From contig CDPCPM010000479.1 of the NCBI GenBank assembly GCA_976551045.1, positions 868,001-932,000 of the forward strand: a stretch of DNA of 64,000 nucleotides, read 5' to 3'. The position numbers were made by a program, and so were the translations under genes. Origin of the DNA: Glaucostegus cemiculus (taxonomy: Eukaryota). The notes below the pieces were generated by a model. It was not told where the DNA came from. It did not search any database and saw only the letters and a list, made by a program, of their open reading frames with translations. Shown here in pieces: positions 24,991 through 38,286 of the stretch (within the stretch, counting starts at the first letter, position 1; each line of letters starts with the position of its first letter).

Positions 24991-27368
24991 CCTTCAGTCC
25001 TTTCATCCAAGGTACATTGATGATGCCATCACTCATAGAATGGGGAGTGCATATGGAATTGAGGCAGTAATTAACAACATGCCATATTTGTGTGATTCAT
25101 ACTTTGTTCTTGCCACAGTTAGTGATACATTCAAAACAGAAGGCTGTCTGTTCTGATTTATTTTTTGCATTGGAATTGATTCCTTGTCATAAACTGTAAT
25201 AAGACCTTTTCTAGGTCTTAGAAAAGACTTATCAAGCTCTTCTCATAGCTTAAATGCTAATACTTAACTCTTAAGACACTTTGTTCTCTGCGCTTAACCT
25301 AATTTTATCAAGTTAGTAATTACAAATTAATAGTCTTAAAAACTTAATAAACCTACAAATTACTGTACCCTTTAACCTGTTTTATTTTTAAACTTGATTG
25401 CATTATACATTTAAGACTTAACATTTCATTGTTGATTATCATGGAGCCATGCAACTCTAAATCATAAAGTGCCTGACATCATTGCAGAGAAATGGCCACT
25501 TGAGATGGTTGCTGTGAAATTATACAGTAATTATTTTTCTGTTTTACTCGGTTTAAAGGCGCGCATTTTAGAACATTGACATCTTGAAATCTTGATCCTG
25601 CCCCAACAACCTAACAAGTTCCTATTTTTGTCCTTGAGTCTCCAATCCATCAAAATAAAAGTTCCACTTCTCTGTTTTGTATTGCTTGAACCACAAGTGA
25701 TAAATTGCCAGCAGGTCATGTTTAATGCTGTTTATGGATTGAGATGCTAAGTATTTTAAGATAGTTCAGATCATGTTTCCTACTATAGTTTCCCCCAACT
25801 CCAATGAGGAATTGCATGTGAAGAGCTGCAGAAGGATCAATGTTATATTTACTCAGCAGAACAATTTTAATGTTGAATAGGACTCTGCTAACTGGGTATG
25901 GCTGGATCCAGTTTGATCTGCCTTTTTTAGCTTGCAATTTTGATATGTTTAGATACATAGTTGCTGGATTTATTTGGGTATTAATGGTTTTAATAAATGG
26001 CATTAATGAGATGACAGGACTTGTTTAGGTGGGATAAGTAGTGTATGAGAAACTCCTAGTTAATTTTGTCCTAGCAGTAGGTGTAGGCCACAAATGCAGC
26101 CTGATGTTTGTGTCTTCCCCTGAATTCTTGATTACTTTAAGGTAACTGCACTTTTCTGCATTTTTGTTCTTCTCTGTCCTTTCATTGTTAATTTCTTGTA
26201 TTTTGTCATGTCTTTGTTTAGTAATTTGCTCATACTATGAACACATCAAGTATTGCAACGTGTCTCAATTTTTGAACAATTAGAAATTAGAGCATGCAAG
26301 GCAGACTTAGCACAACTTAACTGAGAATCATTTATGTTGTAGCTATAGTTATTTTTGCAAAAGAAAGTTTTCTAGTCCTTTAAGTGACTAAATGTTGACA
26401 GAAATCTATAAATAGTTTGAAACATTTAAAAGAAGTACATGAAGATATGAGGGAAGAGAATAACTCCATTGTCAAAGAGATTAAACTGTCAAAATTAAAT
26501 GATTTAAATGGATACTTTTGGGAGATGGTGAATAAGAATTTCAGTTGACAGAGACCTGGTGATTTGGGTGGAAGAATCACTTGAATGATTAATCTAGATT
26601 GATGGTTTGGTCAAAGAACAGAACTAAAAGGTTTAGTATTGGCAATAAAATCACATTGGGATCTTCTCTGCAATGGGTAAATGTAATGAAATGTGTGGGA
26701 TACCCAGGAATTGCATATACCAGATGGAACAGTGATTGCATTGATACTATCTTTAATCAGGAGAGGAGCTATGGATGTGATGAAATTTGGACTGGAAGTA
26801 TTGATTTGATTGGCTACAGCATCTTTAAAGATCATGGAGAAAAAGGGCACATATTGGACAAGTGACCACAAAACTAGAAACAAAAGGACTGCTTGTATGC
26901 TTCAGCTCCATAATTTATAATGGACACAGGAGTTTTTATAAAAACATTGCATGATTGAGTCATTTTCTGCAGGCTGTGTGCTTGGAGTTTTCTTCTGTAA
27001 TAAAAATACATTTATGGATGCTGAAGGAAAGGTTATCTATGGTGGCTAAAAATTGAAATTAAAATGGCAGATTTGCTCTGGCTTATTATGTAAACCTTAA
27101 GCAATTGAGGAGTTAAAGTTATACCATAAGGGTGATGGATCTGGTGCTGTTTGGATTTAGTAATTCAAGGTTTGGAAAATACATTCTTTGTTAATTTATA
27201 CATAATATTTGGAATAAAATGGACAGATTCCATATGCATTTATTTTAATTTGGAGCTAAATGCAAAGAAAGGAATTAAAGTATGCTAATATTCAGTGAAG
27301 AAAAATGATGTGGAAATGTGCTGGTGCAGCTGAATTTTGGAAGATCTGCTGCTCACCAGATCTAATTA

Positions 27369-27402
27369 TAAAAATAGAGGGTGTGTACACCCTCTATTTT
27401 TA
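27369..27402. repeat. Perfect 16-bp inverted repeat with a 2-nt spacer
   Basis: TAAAAATAGAGGGTGT-GT-ACACCCTCTATTTTTA. Confidence 0.9.
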
Positions 27403-29113
27403 CATCATTACTACAAGAAGTTACTAGTGGGTTTTGGTTCTTACTGGACTGTATGGCTAAATTCTTAATCCCACATTTGGGGAGGGCACGCAGACTTTTG
27501 TAAACTTGCATTATAGGAGAGCAGGGACATTAGATGCATAAATTGGTGATTTTCACATTGACATCATGACATTTTTAAGTCAGTATGGTTCAGTGACTAA
27601 AGGAACATTTAAATGTCATCTTTTAACCCCTCCCCCAGGAACTTCTGTAGACTTAAATGTATAGAACATGCAGTTAATTTATGGCAATGAGATTGGAATG
27701 TAATTGCATTCAATAATGCCTAGCTCTCAATGGGGAAGTTTCTCTAGGGTAATAGCTAGACATCAGCAGTCTAAACTCATTCATTCGTTATAGCTTAATT
27801 GTTCACAACTATTGTAGGTCTATTTATATAGCATCTTTCATAAGTTAGATGTCATAGGGCACTTGAGCAAAATCAAATAAAATTTGACACCAGGTGAAGT
27901 CAGGAGTTTTAATGACAGGGAAAGTATGGCCAATGATGTCGCTGTTGATGTGTAGTCTTTCACATTGATTCACAAGATTGAACACTAAGTAAACCAAGGT
28001 TGTACAAGTACATTTTCCAATTTTCTTCCCACACTTTATGACAAATTTCAATTGGGTCTGCTAATATGTCCTGTTGTTATGCAGGTTGTAGGGAAGTGGA
28101 ACTCCAGCTATGTTCATGCTTTGCAACAATCTAAACATTATAAAGCTATGAAATTCTCCATTTAATAGCTATTTTTAATTTCTCTCAATTAAAATTAAAT
28201 GGTTCTCCTTCAAGCTGTAACAGTGGCTTTCAGGTAGGAAACAATCAATAAATAGAACTTATCAATTATAAGCATTGCCGAAAGATATGAGATATTTTTG
28301 ATATCCGGGGACCCAATTATCCTAAATCAATTCAAACGCCATTTTGAATGATAGACAAAACACTTGCATCTTCAGACTTGAATCATTGTGGTGATCTTCA
28401 TGTATTGTGGAGAAGATGACTAAAACATTGCCAGAAAAATAATATTAATTTGACAGATTTGTGGAACATAAACTCAAAAGATCAAAGAATAAATAGGTGA
28501 CATTTTATATATGTGTGCATGTAGAATAGTTTATGGCCTTGATACTACTGCTGCTGCTGCTACTACTTCCTACCTTAACTGCTTCCCCTATTTACTTTGC
28601 CAAGTGGTCATAAATTGAGGATGTTTCAACAGTATTAGTAGCTGATCTTGCTTAGTTTTGTTGCACAAGTGGGATTAACAGGCTAGGCAGGTTGAAACTC
28701 AAACATGAAGGCCGTACTGTTGAGCTACGCATCATATAAACTTGTATTTCTTTTAATTCTAGTCCGTATCAAAAAGAAACCAAGGCTCCTCAATTTTCAT
28801 AAGGGAATTCTTGCACTGAAGAGAGATGAGGTTTTATTTTTGGTACATACCCGATTCTAATATCATTGAAGATCTTTGCCATCCATTATGAGTACAGTTT
28901 AACTTGCTTCCAATTTGAGGTAAATAAATTTGTGTGGATATGATTGACTGCAGACTGAGGCAGCTGATTGTCCACATATAGTTGCGCTTTTCAGAAGGTT
29001 TTGGAAAGAGATCATATATAAGTAATTTTGTTTGAAAAGTGTTTCATCAGAGGTAATGATAATGAGCTATTAGGATTATGCTGGTTAAAAAGTTGTATTT
29101 AAAAATCTTATTC

Positions 29114-29290
29114 AAGGAGTTTGTACGTTCTCCCCGTGTCTGCGTGGGTTTCCTCCGGGTGCTCCGGTTTCCTCCCACATTCTAAAGACGTACGGGTAGG
29201 TTAATTTGGGGGTTTAGAATGGGCGGCATGGACTCGTTGGGCCGAAAGGGCCTGTTACCACGCTGTAAATAAAATTAAAAAAATTAAAAT
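29114..29290 (+). mobile_element. 5'-truncated V-SINE-like element
   Basis: V-domain core gtttgtacgttctccccgtgtctgcgtgggtttcctccgggtgctccggtttcctcccaca, CR1-like tail gggccgaaagggcctgttaccacgctgta, A-rich end. Confidence 0.9.
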
Positions 29291-30159
29291 GTCAGCACAG
29301 GACTGCTGTTCACCTGCCACTTTGCTTTCACAAATTTCACAATTCTTAGTTCATTTACAAATGTTGTCAAGAGTTTTTTGTTTCTGTCCAATAATTATAT
29401 CTGTAATGTGGTGAGTATTAGGTGACATTTTCTATAAATTAGCTTTTTAAGTTTTCATCAGATGCTTACAGATCTTTGGACCTCTATACCCAAAGCTATA
29501 TTGTGATCTGCATTTCTGAAGCCATTTTGGTCAGTTTCAGCATCATATAAGTTGTATTTGATCCAATGGTTTTTAATTGCTTTGCGAAGTTCTCACCTGA
29601 TCAAACATTTGAGCAAATCCTTCACCATATTTAAGCATGTCTTTTGTTTTTGTGTCTCCAAGCAATATAAATGTAAGTGATGTTTTGTTCAAATAAGCCA
29701 ATGTTCTGTCCAACATTCAGTATCATATTTATTTGATGACCTTGATCAGGTGTGCTATCTTTTATTACTGACCAAGACAGATTTAATCAAACGCCAATGA
29801 ATAAATTCAGTTAACCACCAGAAGAGCGAGCCCCAAACTGTCAGTTTATCTACTGGGACCACTGACCAAGAGAATAAATGCATATAAAGCTGTTCATCAG
29901 GTTCCAGACTATGCTGCATTATTCATTTATTTCTTAAATTCATGAAATAAGAAGTAATCTAATTGACTTTGATTATTTTCAGTGGTTCGTTCTCTTGTAA
30001 GTCTGTGCAAGTTCTTATTGAGTAGAATGATTTCTTCCATGATCCAATAAAATCATTCTTAGCTTGGGATCAGCCACACCGTTCAACTGTAGCTTGATGC
30101 TGCAACTAGCTAAGTATCATTGGTAGAGCTTTAACATAGTGTTAATATTTATGGCTATT

Positions 30160-31690
30160 TAGGACTCTCATTGGCTTCGTCACCATTGGTGCCAATTTCC
30201 ACCTGGCTCTCTTTTTATTTGCAGTCCATGTCTGATTCTTCTTTCTCAACTCACTGTCTCATTACCAAGTGATAGGTTAGCAGTCTATATCCGTTGCAAG
30301 CTCAAGGATGCTCACGGTTATCTTGACAGTGGCTCCTTCCACCCCATTTCTTGTAAGGAATGCAATCCATTCTCCCAGCTTCTACAACTCCATTGAATCT
30401 TTTTGGATGAAACTTTCCATACCAGTGCTTCTAAAGTTTTCCCTTTTCCTTAACCATCGCTTCTACTCCAGGATGATTGACATGGACCATAGCTCCATGT
30501 CCTGCACTTCTGCCTTAACCTTCTTCACCTTCCACCCAGAGCATGGATAGGGTTCCCCTTCAATACACGCAAAATGCTGGAGTATCTCAGCAGGTCAGGC
30601 AGGCAGAATAGGGTTCCCTTTATCCTCCCCATACACCTCACCAACCTTCACATTCAAAGGATTATCCTCTTTAATTACTGTCACCTTCAATATGATGCCA
30701 CCACCAGCGCATCTTCCTCTTTCCTCCCTTTTGCATCAAGGACTCCCTGGTTCACTCTCCTACCTTTGCCAATCCACGGCATCTTCCCTTCTTCCCACCT
30801 AGGCACCCAAATACTACTCAGTGTAACAGAAATTCATTAGTTCTAATTCCAGTTTTCTGTGTTAAAACAAAGCTGGAGGAGCACAGCAGATCAAGCAACA
30901 TCTGTGGAGGCAAAGGGATGGTCAATGTTTTGGTACGTGACCCTGCATTCAGACTGAAGCAGTTTTTTGCTCCAGATGGCAGCATTTGCAGTCTCTTGTG
31001 TTTCCAGTTTGGGGTGTTGCATTTGGTGCTTCCATTGTGGCCTCCTCTACATTGGAGAAGCTAAATGCTACTTGGGTTTTGCAGAACACCTCCATGCAGA
31101 TCCTGCGCTGGGAGCTCAGAATCACCTGTTACTTTGATTCTCCCTCCCATTCCCATTTTAACTTCTGTGTTACGTCTCATACACTGTTCCAGAAAAGCCC
31201 AACATAACTTCAAACACCATGTCGTGTTATAACCCCTAGGTCTTGACAATGAATGCAACAATTTCAGATATCCAGGCTTTCTGGTTTCTGTCAGAACTGA
31301 TCAGTTCTGTTGAAAGGACTTCAAAATGCAATGTTAACTCAATTTTTCTCTCTCCACAGATGCTGCCTGACCAGCTGGTTATTTCCAGTAATGGCAATGT
31401 TTTGTATCTCAGAGTTCCAGCTTTTTTTTTCTCTTTACTACATCCTCATTCATTTTCTATTTAGATCTTCTCCAGACAGATTAGCTGTGATTTACGAGCC
31501 TTCACCATCTTTTCAGCCAGTGCCACAATGCCTTGAGTCACCCAGTCTCCTGGTCACCACACAGGCACATCTTGCAGCCTTAAACATGTTTGGTTTCTAA
31601 CTTTTGATGAAAAATGATCAACCTGAAATGTTAACTTTTTTCTCTTCACAGAAACTGATCTGAGTATTTTCTATTTTTATTTCATTGGTA
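30160..31690 (+). mobile_element. Decayed Penelope-like retroelement (RT thumb, GIY-YIG endonuclease remnant, terminal-repeat pieces)
   Basis: From 30304, KDAHGYLDSGSFHPISCKECNPFSQLLQL; RVPFILPIHLTNLHIQRIILFNYCHLQYDATT (ORF 30574); 31021-31077 IWCFHCGLLYIGEAKCYLG (CxxC-YIG motif). Followed by ccacagatgctgcctgacc repeat units. Confidence 0.8.
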
Positions 31691-32180
31691 CAGTAATCTG
31701 CAAGGTTGTCTCCCCTGGGTGCATGCAAGCTTTCTGTGGGAAACTGATGTTTTTGAGTTTGAAAGTTTCCTCATGGATCCTCACTAGAAAATTTAGAATG
31801 ATTAGCAATTTTAAATAGTGCATTAAGCACTGTGTTTGAATAATGTGATTTGAAATGACCATGATTACTTTTGTGTTTCACACTTGTCTGAAACTAAACC
31901 AGCAGGCTTGCTGCTTGATCGTTCGCTCTATATAAACTTTGTGTCTGAACAAACAATGTAGTCTCAATTTTGCTATTGACTGAGGAAAATTCAGTCCAGT
32001 ATATCTGAGGAATTAATTATTAAGGAGAAGTAAGAAAGGCCAAGTACATTGGAGGGGAGGGGGTGGGGTGGGAGGATTTTAATACACAGAATGCTTTTGG
32101 ATGACTTGCTTAGTGGATTTGCCTGAATTTTATATATGACCTATGATCCTCTCCTTTTTCTCTTCTTTCTCTCTCCTCAG

Positions 32181-32435
32181 TTCAAATCGGTTTTTAGATC
32201 CTATTCGCAGGACTTTGTTCCTCACCATCATACCTCTGCATCTCCTTCTCTTTGCACTATCTCCTCCCACTTTCCAGTTGTGCACCAATCGAGGAGCTCC
32301 GATCTAACCTTGCCAGGCTCAGCTAGCATAGTGAAAGCTACGGAACTGCTGGACTGCTCTCATGACAATGCAAAGCCTGTTCCTGTCTGCCTCCCTCCTG
32401 AATCTGCTTTTCCCACCTCTCTCCAAACTACTTCG
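32181..32435 (+). CDS. RAPGEF1: RAPGEF1 Ser-rich cassette exon B (FKSVFRSYSQDFVPHHH...VCLPPESAFPTS)
   Basis: CT-rich tract ending cctcag|, donor tcg|gtgaga. 255 nt, phase 0-0. Resembles the long-isoform segment YKSVFRSYSQDFxPHHQ (recalled). Confidence 0.88.
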
Positions 32436-33149
32436 GTGAGAATTGCTTATGAATACTTAAGTGCTTTTCAAAACCTGCACTCTTAAATAAAACATCCTAA
32501 ATCTGCAAATGGCATAGAAGAACTTGATTGATATCTTTATATTTATTCTCCAACTTAAAGCTAAATAAATCAACATTCTACATTAAAAACATATTCTCAG
32601 TTCAAATGAAGATCTAAACCAGTGAAAATATTTATTTTGAAAAAGGGTGGTTTCAAAGTGTAACTTGGTGTTTATAACCAAATGGACTACTAGTAAGAAA
32701 TGCAGCTTCAATGCTAATGATTTTTTTTAATGGCTATTTCATAACATTATACATCACTTGAGCAAATTTGTCAGGTGAGGTACTGGTCACTGAGGCAAAC
32801 ATCATCTGCTTCATGCAAGCAAACTGCTTAAGCAATCAGTTTCCAACCACCACTGATTTTTACTTATTTGCCACACCAATCATTCTTCGGTTCCACACTT
32901 GTTATATGTGGTGCACTGAATCCTAAATGTGAAAAGATGTAAATTATAATATTTGGGATTGTGATCAATAAGAATGTACCGGTGAGACAAAGTAGAACTC
33001 CCTTTCTGAACTAATGGTATAGAGAATGTGTACGTACTTTGAGGAAGAATAATGAGAGAAAAAAGAAATTAAGGATTGTTAGATAAGCACATGGAAGAAT
33101 GTGGAATAGTAGGATATGAGGGTGGAAAGAGTTAGTTTGGGAGATGTTT

Positions 33150-33215
33150 GTAGGATGGCACAGCTTGATGGGCCGAAGGGCCTGCTCTGTGCTGTATTGT
33201 TCTATTGTTCTATTG
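33150..33215 (+). mobile_element. Isolated CR1/SINE 3' tail
   Basis: ggcacagcttgatgggccgaagggcctgctctgtgctgtattgttctattgttctat, ending in a tandem terminal repeat. Confidence 0.7.
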
Positions 33216-35954
33216 TTTGTTTGATAAGGAGATAGATATGTGTCAGGGTTGCTATGTTGTGTGTAAAACTACAGTCAAGTAAATAGAAACAAGAATTGCA
33301 ATGGAGGGTAATATTGCAGCTTAATAGCTTGGTTTAGACTGGTGCAAGACAATGAACTAAATAAACCTGGCTCCAAAACTCCAAGGTGGCAGGGTATGGT
33401 TTGAATTATCCTGGTGATCTCCGAGCCATCTTGTTTCATATAAATTATTCAGATACTGGTGTGAGAGAAATTAGATTCAGTTGTTGATAGATTTGGGTAT
33501 TGCATTCTAACAGGAATGTACTTGATCCAGGGGAAAGAAACTTTTGCTTGGTCCTGAATCTGTGAAACAAGTCCAGTATCAATGTGGATATCAAGAAGTG
33601 AAACAAAGCTTTGATTATATTGGAACCTCTATTTAAATGCAAATTACCAAAGCACTAAAAAGAAGTATTATAAACAGCAGGAAATTTTGGGCAGGTGACC
33701 AAAGACTTTGTTCATGTCGTAAGTTTTAGGGAGGGTCTAGGGGAAAGAAAGTCATAATTTATCAAGACAGCTGAAAGCATGGTGGGGAACAGTGGAGGAA
33801 TTAAATACAGAATTGTAGGAGCAAAGATCTAGAAGGCTGCCAGGGCTATTACAGGGATTAGTGGAGTTAGGAAGGAAGGGAGTGGAGTGGTGGACTGAAT
33901 TTAACATCGAGGCATTGTCAGTGAGAGCAAGTGTGGGTCAGAAGTGAAGGCACAAGGAGGTGAACAAAACTGAGAAAGAACAATTTATCTTGGAACACAG
34001 ATATGAGTTTTATATGAGTACAAGTTCTTGTGTAAAAAAAAAAATTGGATGATAGTTGCAGCAGAGATAAGCTGAGGACAGTGCCATGTAATATTAAAGA
34101 GGAGCACTAAGTAGTTTTCATGATGGAGTGGGTATGAATGGAAATGACTGGCAAACAGTTCAGCTTCAGATCAGTTCTTGACGAGAGGAGTAAACCCTGT
34201 ACCAATGCTAACCTTTCATCAAAGCTCTGAGGTCAGTGCTGCCTCTCTCCTAGATGTTGGTAGCAAGAACACCAGGAGGAAGTAGTTTCTTACTATTGAT
34301 ACCTGTTCAGCCTTTCATATTTAGTTAGTGCGGGTTGTGTGCAATTCAGTAGTTACGTTTTCATATTGGAAGAGAGCTGAAGAGCATAGTTCATTTCTTA
34401 GACTGAAGTTTTTAACCACCATCAGAGTGTGTTGGGTAACAACTGTACATGCGTAACTCCAGTCCCTTGGGTTGTTCAGAAATGTTCTAAATGTTGCATT
34501 GCTTGGATCAGTTAAGTTTGGCCTTTCACCACAGGAGTACTGATTGGTTAAATCTTCAATGTGTTTCTTTTAAAGAAATGTAACAGCTGGCTATGGATTT
34601 GTGGCTAATAATCCTCATAAGCAGTTTTGAGATATTCCTCCTGTGGATTTATTTTTAATTGATGTCCCTTTTTAACGGAAATCCTGAAAAGTTAATAGCT
34701 AATTCATGAATAAATGTATGCTGTTGAAAGGATGTACAAGTTGCAAAATCTAAAAAAAACATGGCTGTCACCAGTGCTTTGGATATCCTTTAACAACCTT
34801 TTCCATGGAAAACTGTAACCAGATGAGATCTCAAATATATGTTGTAGCTGAAGGCTTTTGACCACTTGTTTGGCCTTCAGATCATATTATTTACACACTG
34901 TACTCTAGCTTGCTTTTTGCTGGTTCGGTGGTGGGGGGGGGGGGAGCACAAAAGATTCAGTCTTCATGATATTTATGGAACTTCAGCTTGATTTTTATCT
35001 CTTCAGTTTCACCAAATTAATTGTCTTTTAATTTTATCAATTCATGTCAATTAGTCTACAGGATTCACAAGGAAAGAAATTGTGGGCATACTGAATCTCA
35101 TTGTCACATTTTTTGGCAGAGGATTCATAAAATCAGACTTGAGTTAATGGGGAGAAAAAGTTATGAATGTGGATTTGCTGATTTGATTTCTGAATATTTA
35201 AAAGTAGAAATTCTAAAAACTATATACTTTCCAGAAATAATGTTCTTTTCACTTACCCCCTGCGATATCTGTTAAATGCACATATCTGTTGAATCATCCA
35301 AACATTTGCTTTTCTGTAATACTATAGAAACAATTACATTCACCCATTGCCTCAAAGCCCTTTGTGCTGAAGAGTACTCCATAAATAGATTCTTTGAATG
35401 TGAAGATCTAACACTATTGAGCTAATCCCCATCAAATCTATTATGGACCAGATTTTGCTGGCTTGCTCCCACACTTAGAAACATCATTTGTGTTTCCAAC
35501 CACCCTACCCACCCACGCCGGTGCTTGGTCCAACGAAGAGGCCTTTTCTCACTGGCACACTGCATCTCAAGAGTTCAGCAGCAAGAGGGCCTTGAATTGT
35601 GCAGAGGTGGTCCTGCCACAAACTCTCTTGACAGGTGGTGAAGTTGGGGTCAGGTGACAGAAGCTTCAGTTGATTTACTTCAATTAACGTTCATATTTTT
35701 AATATTAAAAATACTTAAAAGAATTTATAAATTAAAATCATTAACAGAAAGCATTATCCTTTTAAAAAAAAAAGTTGAACCCTTTCCATTTGCCATATAT
35801 TTCTTTGTCCTACATCCCGCATTGTAGTCTTGGATTCTTTGCCAGGTGTGATCCAGAGAGGTAATTTTGTTTTCACCCATCCTTGCAAGGCTGGATTTAA
35901 AATGTACCAGCAAGTCCCCCACTTCCAGATCTGACTGCATGTGTGTGGAAGTCA

Positions 35955-36760
35955 GAGTTGTACAGCACAGAAGTGGGCCCTTCAGCCTGACTCGGCTATG
36001 CCAACCCAACTGCCTATGAATGCTAATAACATTTTCCTTCATTTGGTTCTTGTTCATCTATTGCTTTCTGATCCATGTACCTGTTGATGCTTTTTAAATG
36101 CTGTGATTATACCTGCCTCTACCACCTCCTCTGGCAGCTTGTTCTATGTACTCACCATCCTCTGTGGAAAAACATGCCCCTCCAGTCTCCTTTAAATACT
36201 TTCCCTCCCACAAGTTCTCTAGTTTTAGAGTCCCCTCCCTTGGAAAAAAGACTCAGTACAAGTGACAATAATAAACCAATGCCAATAGTGTAGTGGTTAG
36301 CATAACGCTATTGCAGTGCCAGCAACCCGGGTTCAATTCCCACCACTGTCTGTAAGAAGTTTGTATGTTCTCTCCGTGTAGGTTTCCTCCGGGTGCTCCC
36401 GTTTCCTCCCACATTCCAAAGACTTGCATGTTAGGAGCTGTGGGCATGCTATGTTGGTGCTGGAAGAATGGTGACACTTGCGGGCTGCCCCCAGCACATT
36501 CTTAGTAATGCAAAAAACGCATTTCACAGTGTGTTTCGATGTACATGTGACTAATAAATATCTCATCTTACCAATCTACCCTATCTATGCTGCTCATAAT
36601 TTTGTAAACCTCTATCAGGTCACCCTTCAGCCTCCTGTGTTCCCGTGTGAACAATCCCAGCCTATTCAACCTCTCATTGTAACTAAAGCCTTCCATTCCA
36701 GACAACATCCTGGTAAACATCTTTTTCACTCTTCTGGCACCACCACATTCTTTCTGTAGT
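35955..36760 (-). mobile_element. CR1-type LINE 3' fragment interrupted by nested insertions
   Basis: ORF 36568-36846 (KMFTRMLSGMEGFSYNERLNRLGLF..RRLKGDLIEVYKIM) and tail tacagcacagaagtgggcccttcagcc at about 35961. Confidence 0.85.
36287..36570 (+). mobile_element. V-SINE-like element with an alternative 3' tail
   Basis: tRNA-like head (tagtgtagtggttagc; ggttcaattcc B box), V core, tail ending tgtacatgtgactaataaat. Confidence 0.85.
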
Positions 36761-38193
36761 GTGACAACTCTCTGTCGAGAAATTCCTGCAGTTTTTATAG
36801 GTGAATACTGCCAGATTCCATCAGAGCAGCTGACAGCAGCCAGCATAATTCAGGCTATTATCTTGTGACCTGTTAGTATGGAGGTAGTTATTCCTGACAT
36901 TTGTTTTGAACTGATCCTTATATCACCATGTCATTAATATCTTGGGTCTGCGTGCTAATAGCCTTAATATCTGAGATTGAGAACGAGAATTTACTTTTAG
37001 TGTATTGCAGTTTATTGATAAAATTAACATTTCTGCTAAACATAGGGTCAGCTAAAAATAATGGCAGGTCTATTGTAACTAATTGTATGGACTGCTAAAA
37101 ATCTGGTGCAAGAGTTCTGTCCCTGATGTAGGCAATTATCCTTAACATACTGATTCAGGTACAGACTCCAATGTGAAGTAAAAGCATTAATAATGTTGAC
37201 TTTTGCCTTCTATCTAGTCACCTAATCTAGTTTCAGGGTTCACCTCTGTTCATAGTGTAATCTTTAATTCACCATGTTCAGTGATGATAATAAAATATCT
37301 CCTTTGGGTAATTTTATCGCATGTGATATCTATAGAATGAAAATCACCCCTTCCTCTTGAAAGAGGAATAAAAAACATTTCAATACTACCATGTGAAATC
37401 TGTGGTGTGTAATTTTTATTTGAGATAGATTAGAAGGTATGTAACCTTAGCATTCAAATCTACAATTCATTTTAGATATGATTTCAGCAAGCAATATGTT
37501 ACAAATTATCAGTATTTGGAAAAATTGGTACATTGTGCCAAATATCCAGTATCTTTGATTTGTATTAAACTTTGATATCAATGAGGTTTTCTTCATTTGG
37601 TTTAACTCTATTGTTTATATTGTGGAAAATAAGCATACATAATCTAGTTAGAAATAATATTTAGATATAAATGTAATCTGATGAAACAAGTACAAAATTA
37701 AGCAGTATTCTGAAAAAAATAAGTTAATTTGTATAGAGACCATTCGTCAGAACTTTAAATACAGGTACAGAAGGACAGTCTTGAAAAGAGGTCCTCTCAC
37801 CATTTGTGCATGTGTGTGCCACTACAAGCAAGGGTAGAGGGAAAAATGAGATGACCCATTTCTGGTGCAAGAAATTTTGGCTTTGCACATACTGTTGTTA
37901 GCTGGGCACCAGTAAATGCATCACTTGGTTGTCTTATTCTCCCATGTGAAATAAGCTGCATGTTATTGAAATCATGATAAATATGTGAGTAGAAGGAAAA
38001 AATAAACAATGTGGCAGAGCATTTCAAGTGCACTGGGAATAAAAAGAGTTGGATAAATATGGGATATTGATCTCAAGGTCAGTGTTTGAGTAATGGGGTT
38101 TGGCTGCATTTCAATATTGTCTTGAGTGTGAAAACCATTGTACACAGAAGTGGGAGTGAATATCTTGAGACCTTATGGTCTTCTCTCCTGTAG

Positions 38194-38286
38194 AGCGAGA
38201 GCAATAGTGAGGATGCTGGTGAGGGTGAATACGTTAATCTGTATTCGTCCAACCAAACCAATGGAGACCTCTCTCACCCTGAAGCA
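38194..38286 (+). CDS. RAPGEF1: RAPGEF1 cassette exon C (SESNSEDAGEGEYVNLYSSNQTNGDLSHPEA)
   Basis: tctcctgtag| acceptor, gca|gtaagt donor. 93 nt, phase 0-0. Contains the AGEGEYVNLYSS motif of long C3G isoforms (recalled). Not in the ORF track. Confidence 0.88.

Noticed and set aside
33640-34130. Possible very old L2-type LINE remnants (also about 56760-57030 and 59560-60170)
   Set aside because: Too decayed to assign by eye; needs RepeatMasker with a lineage-specific library.
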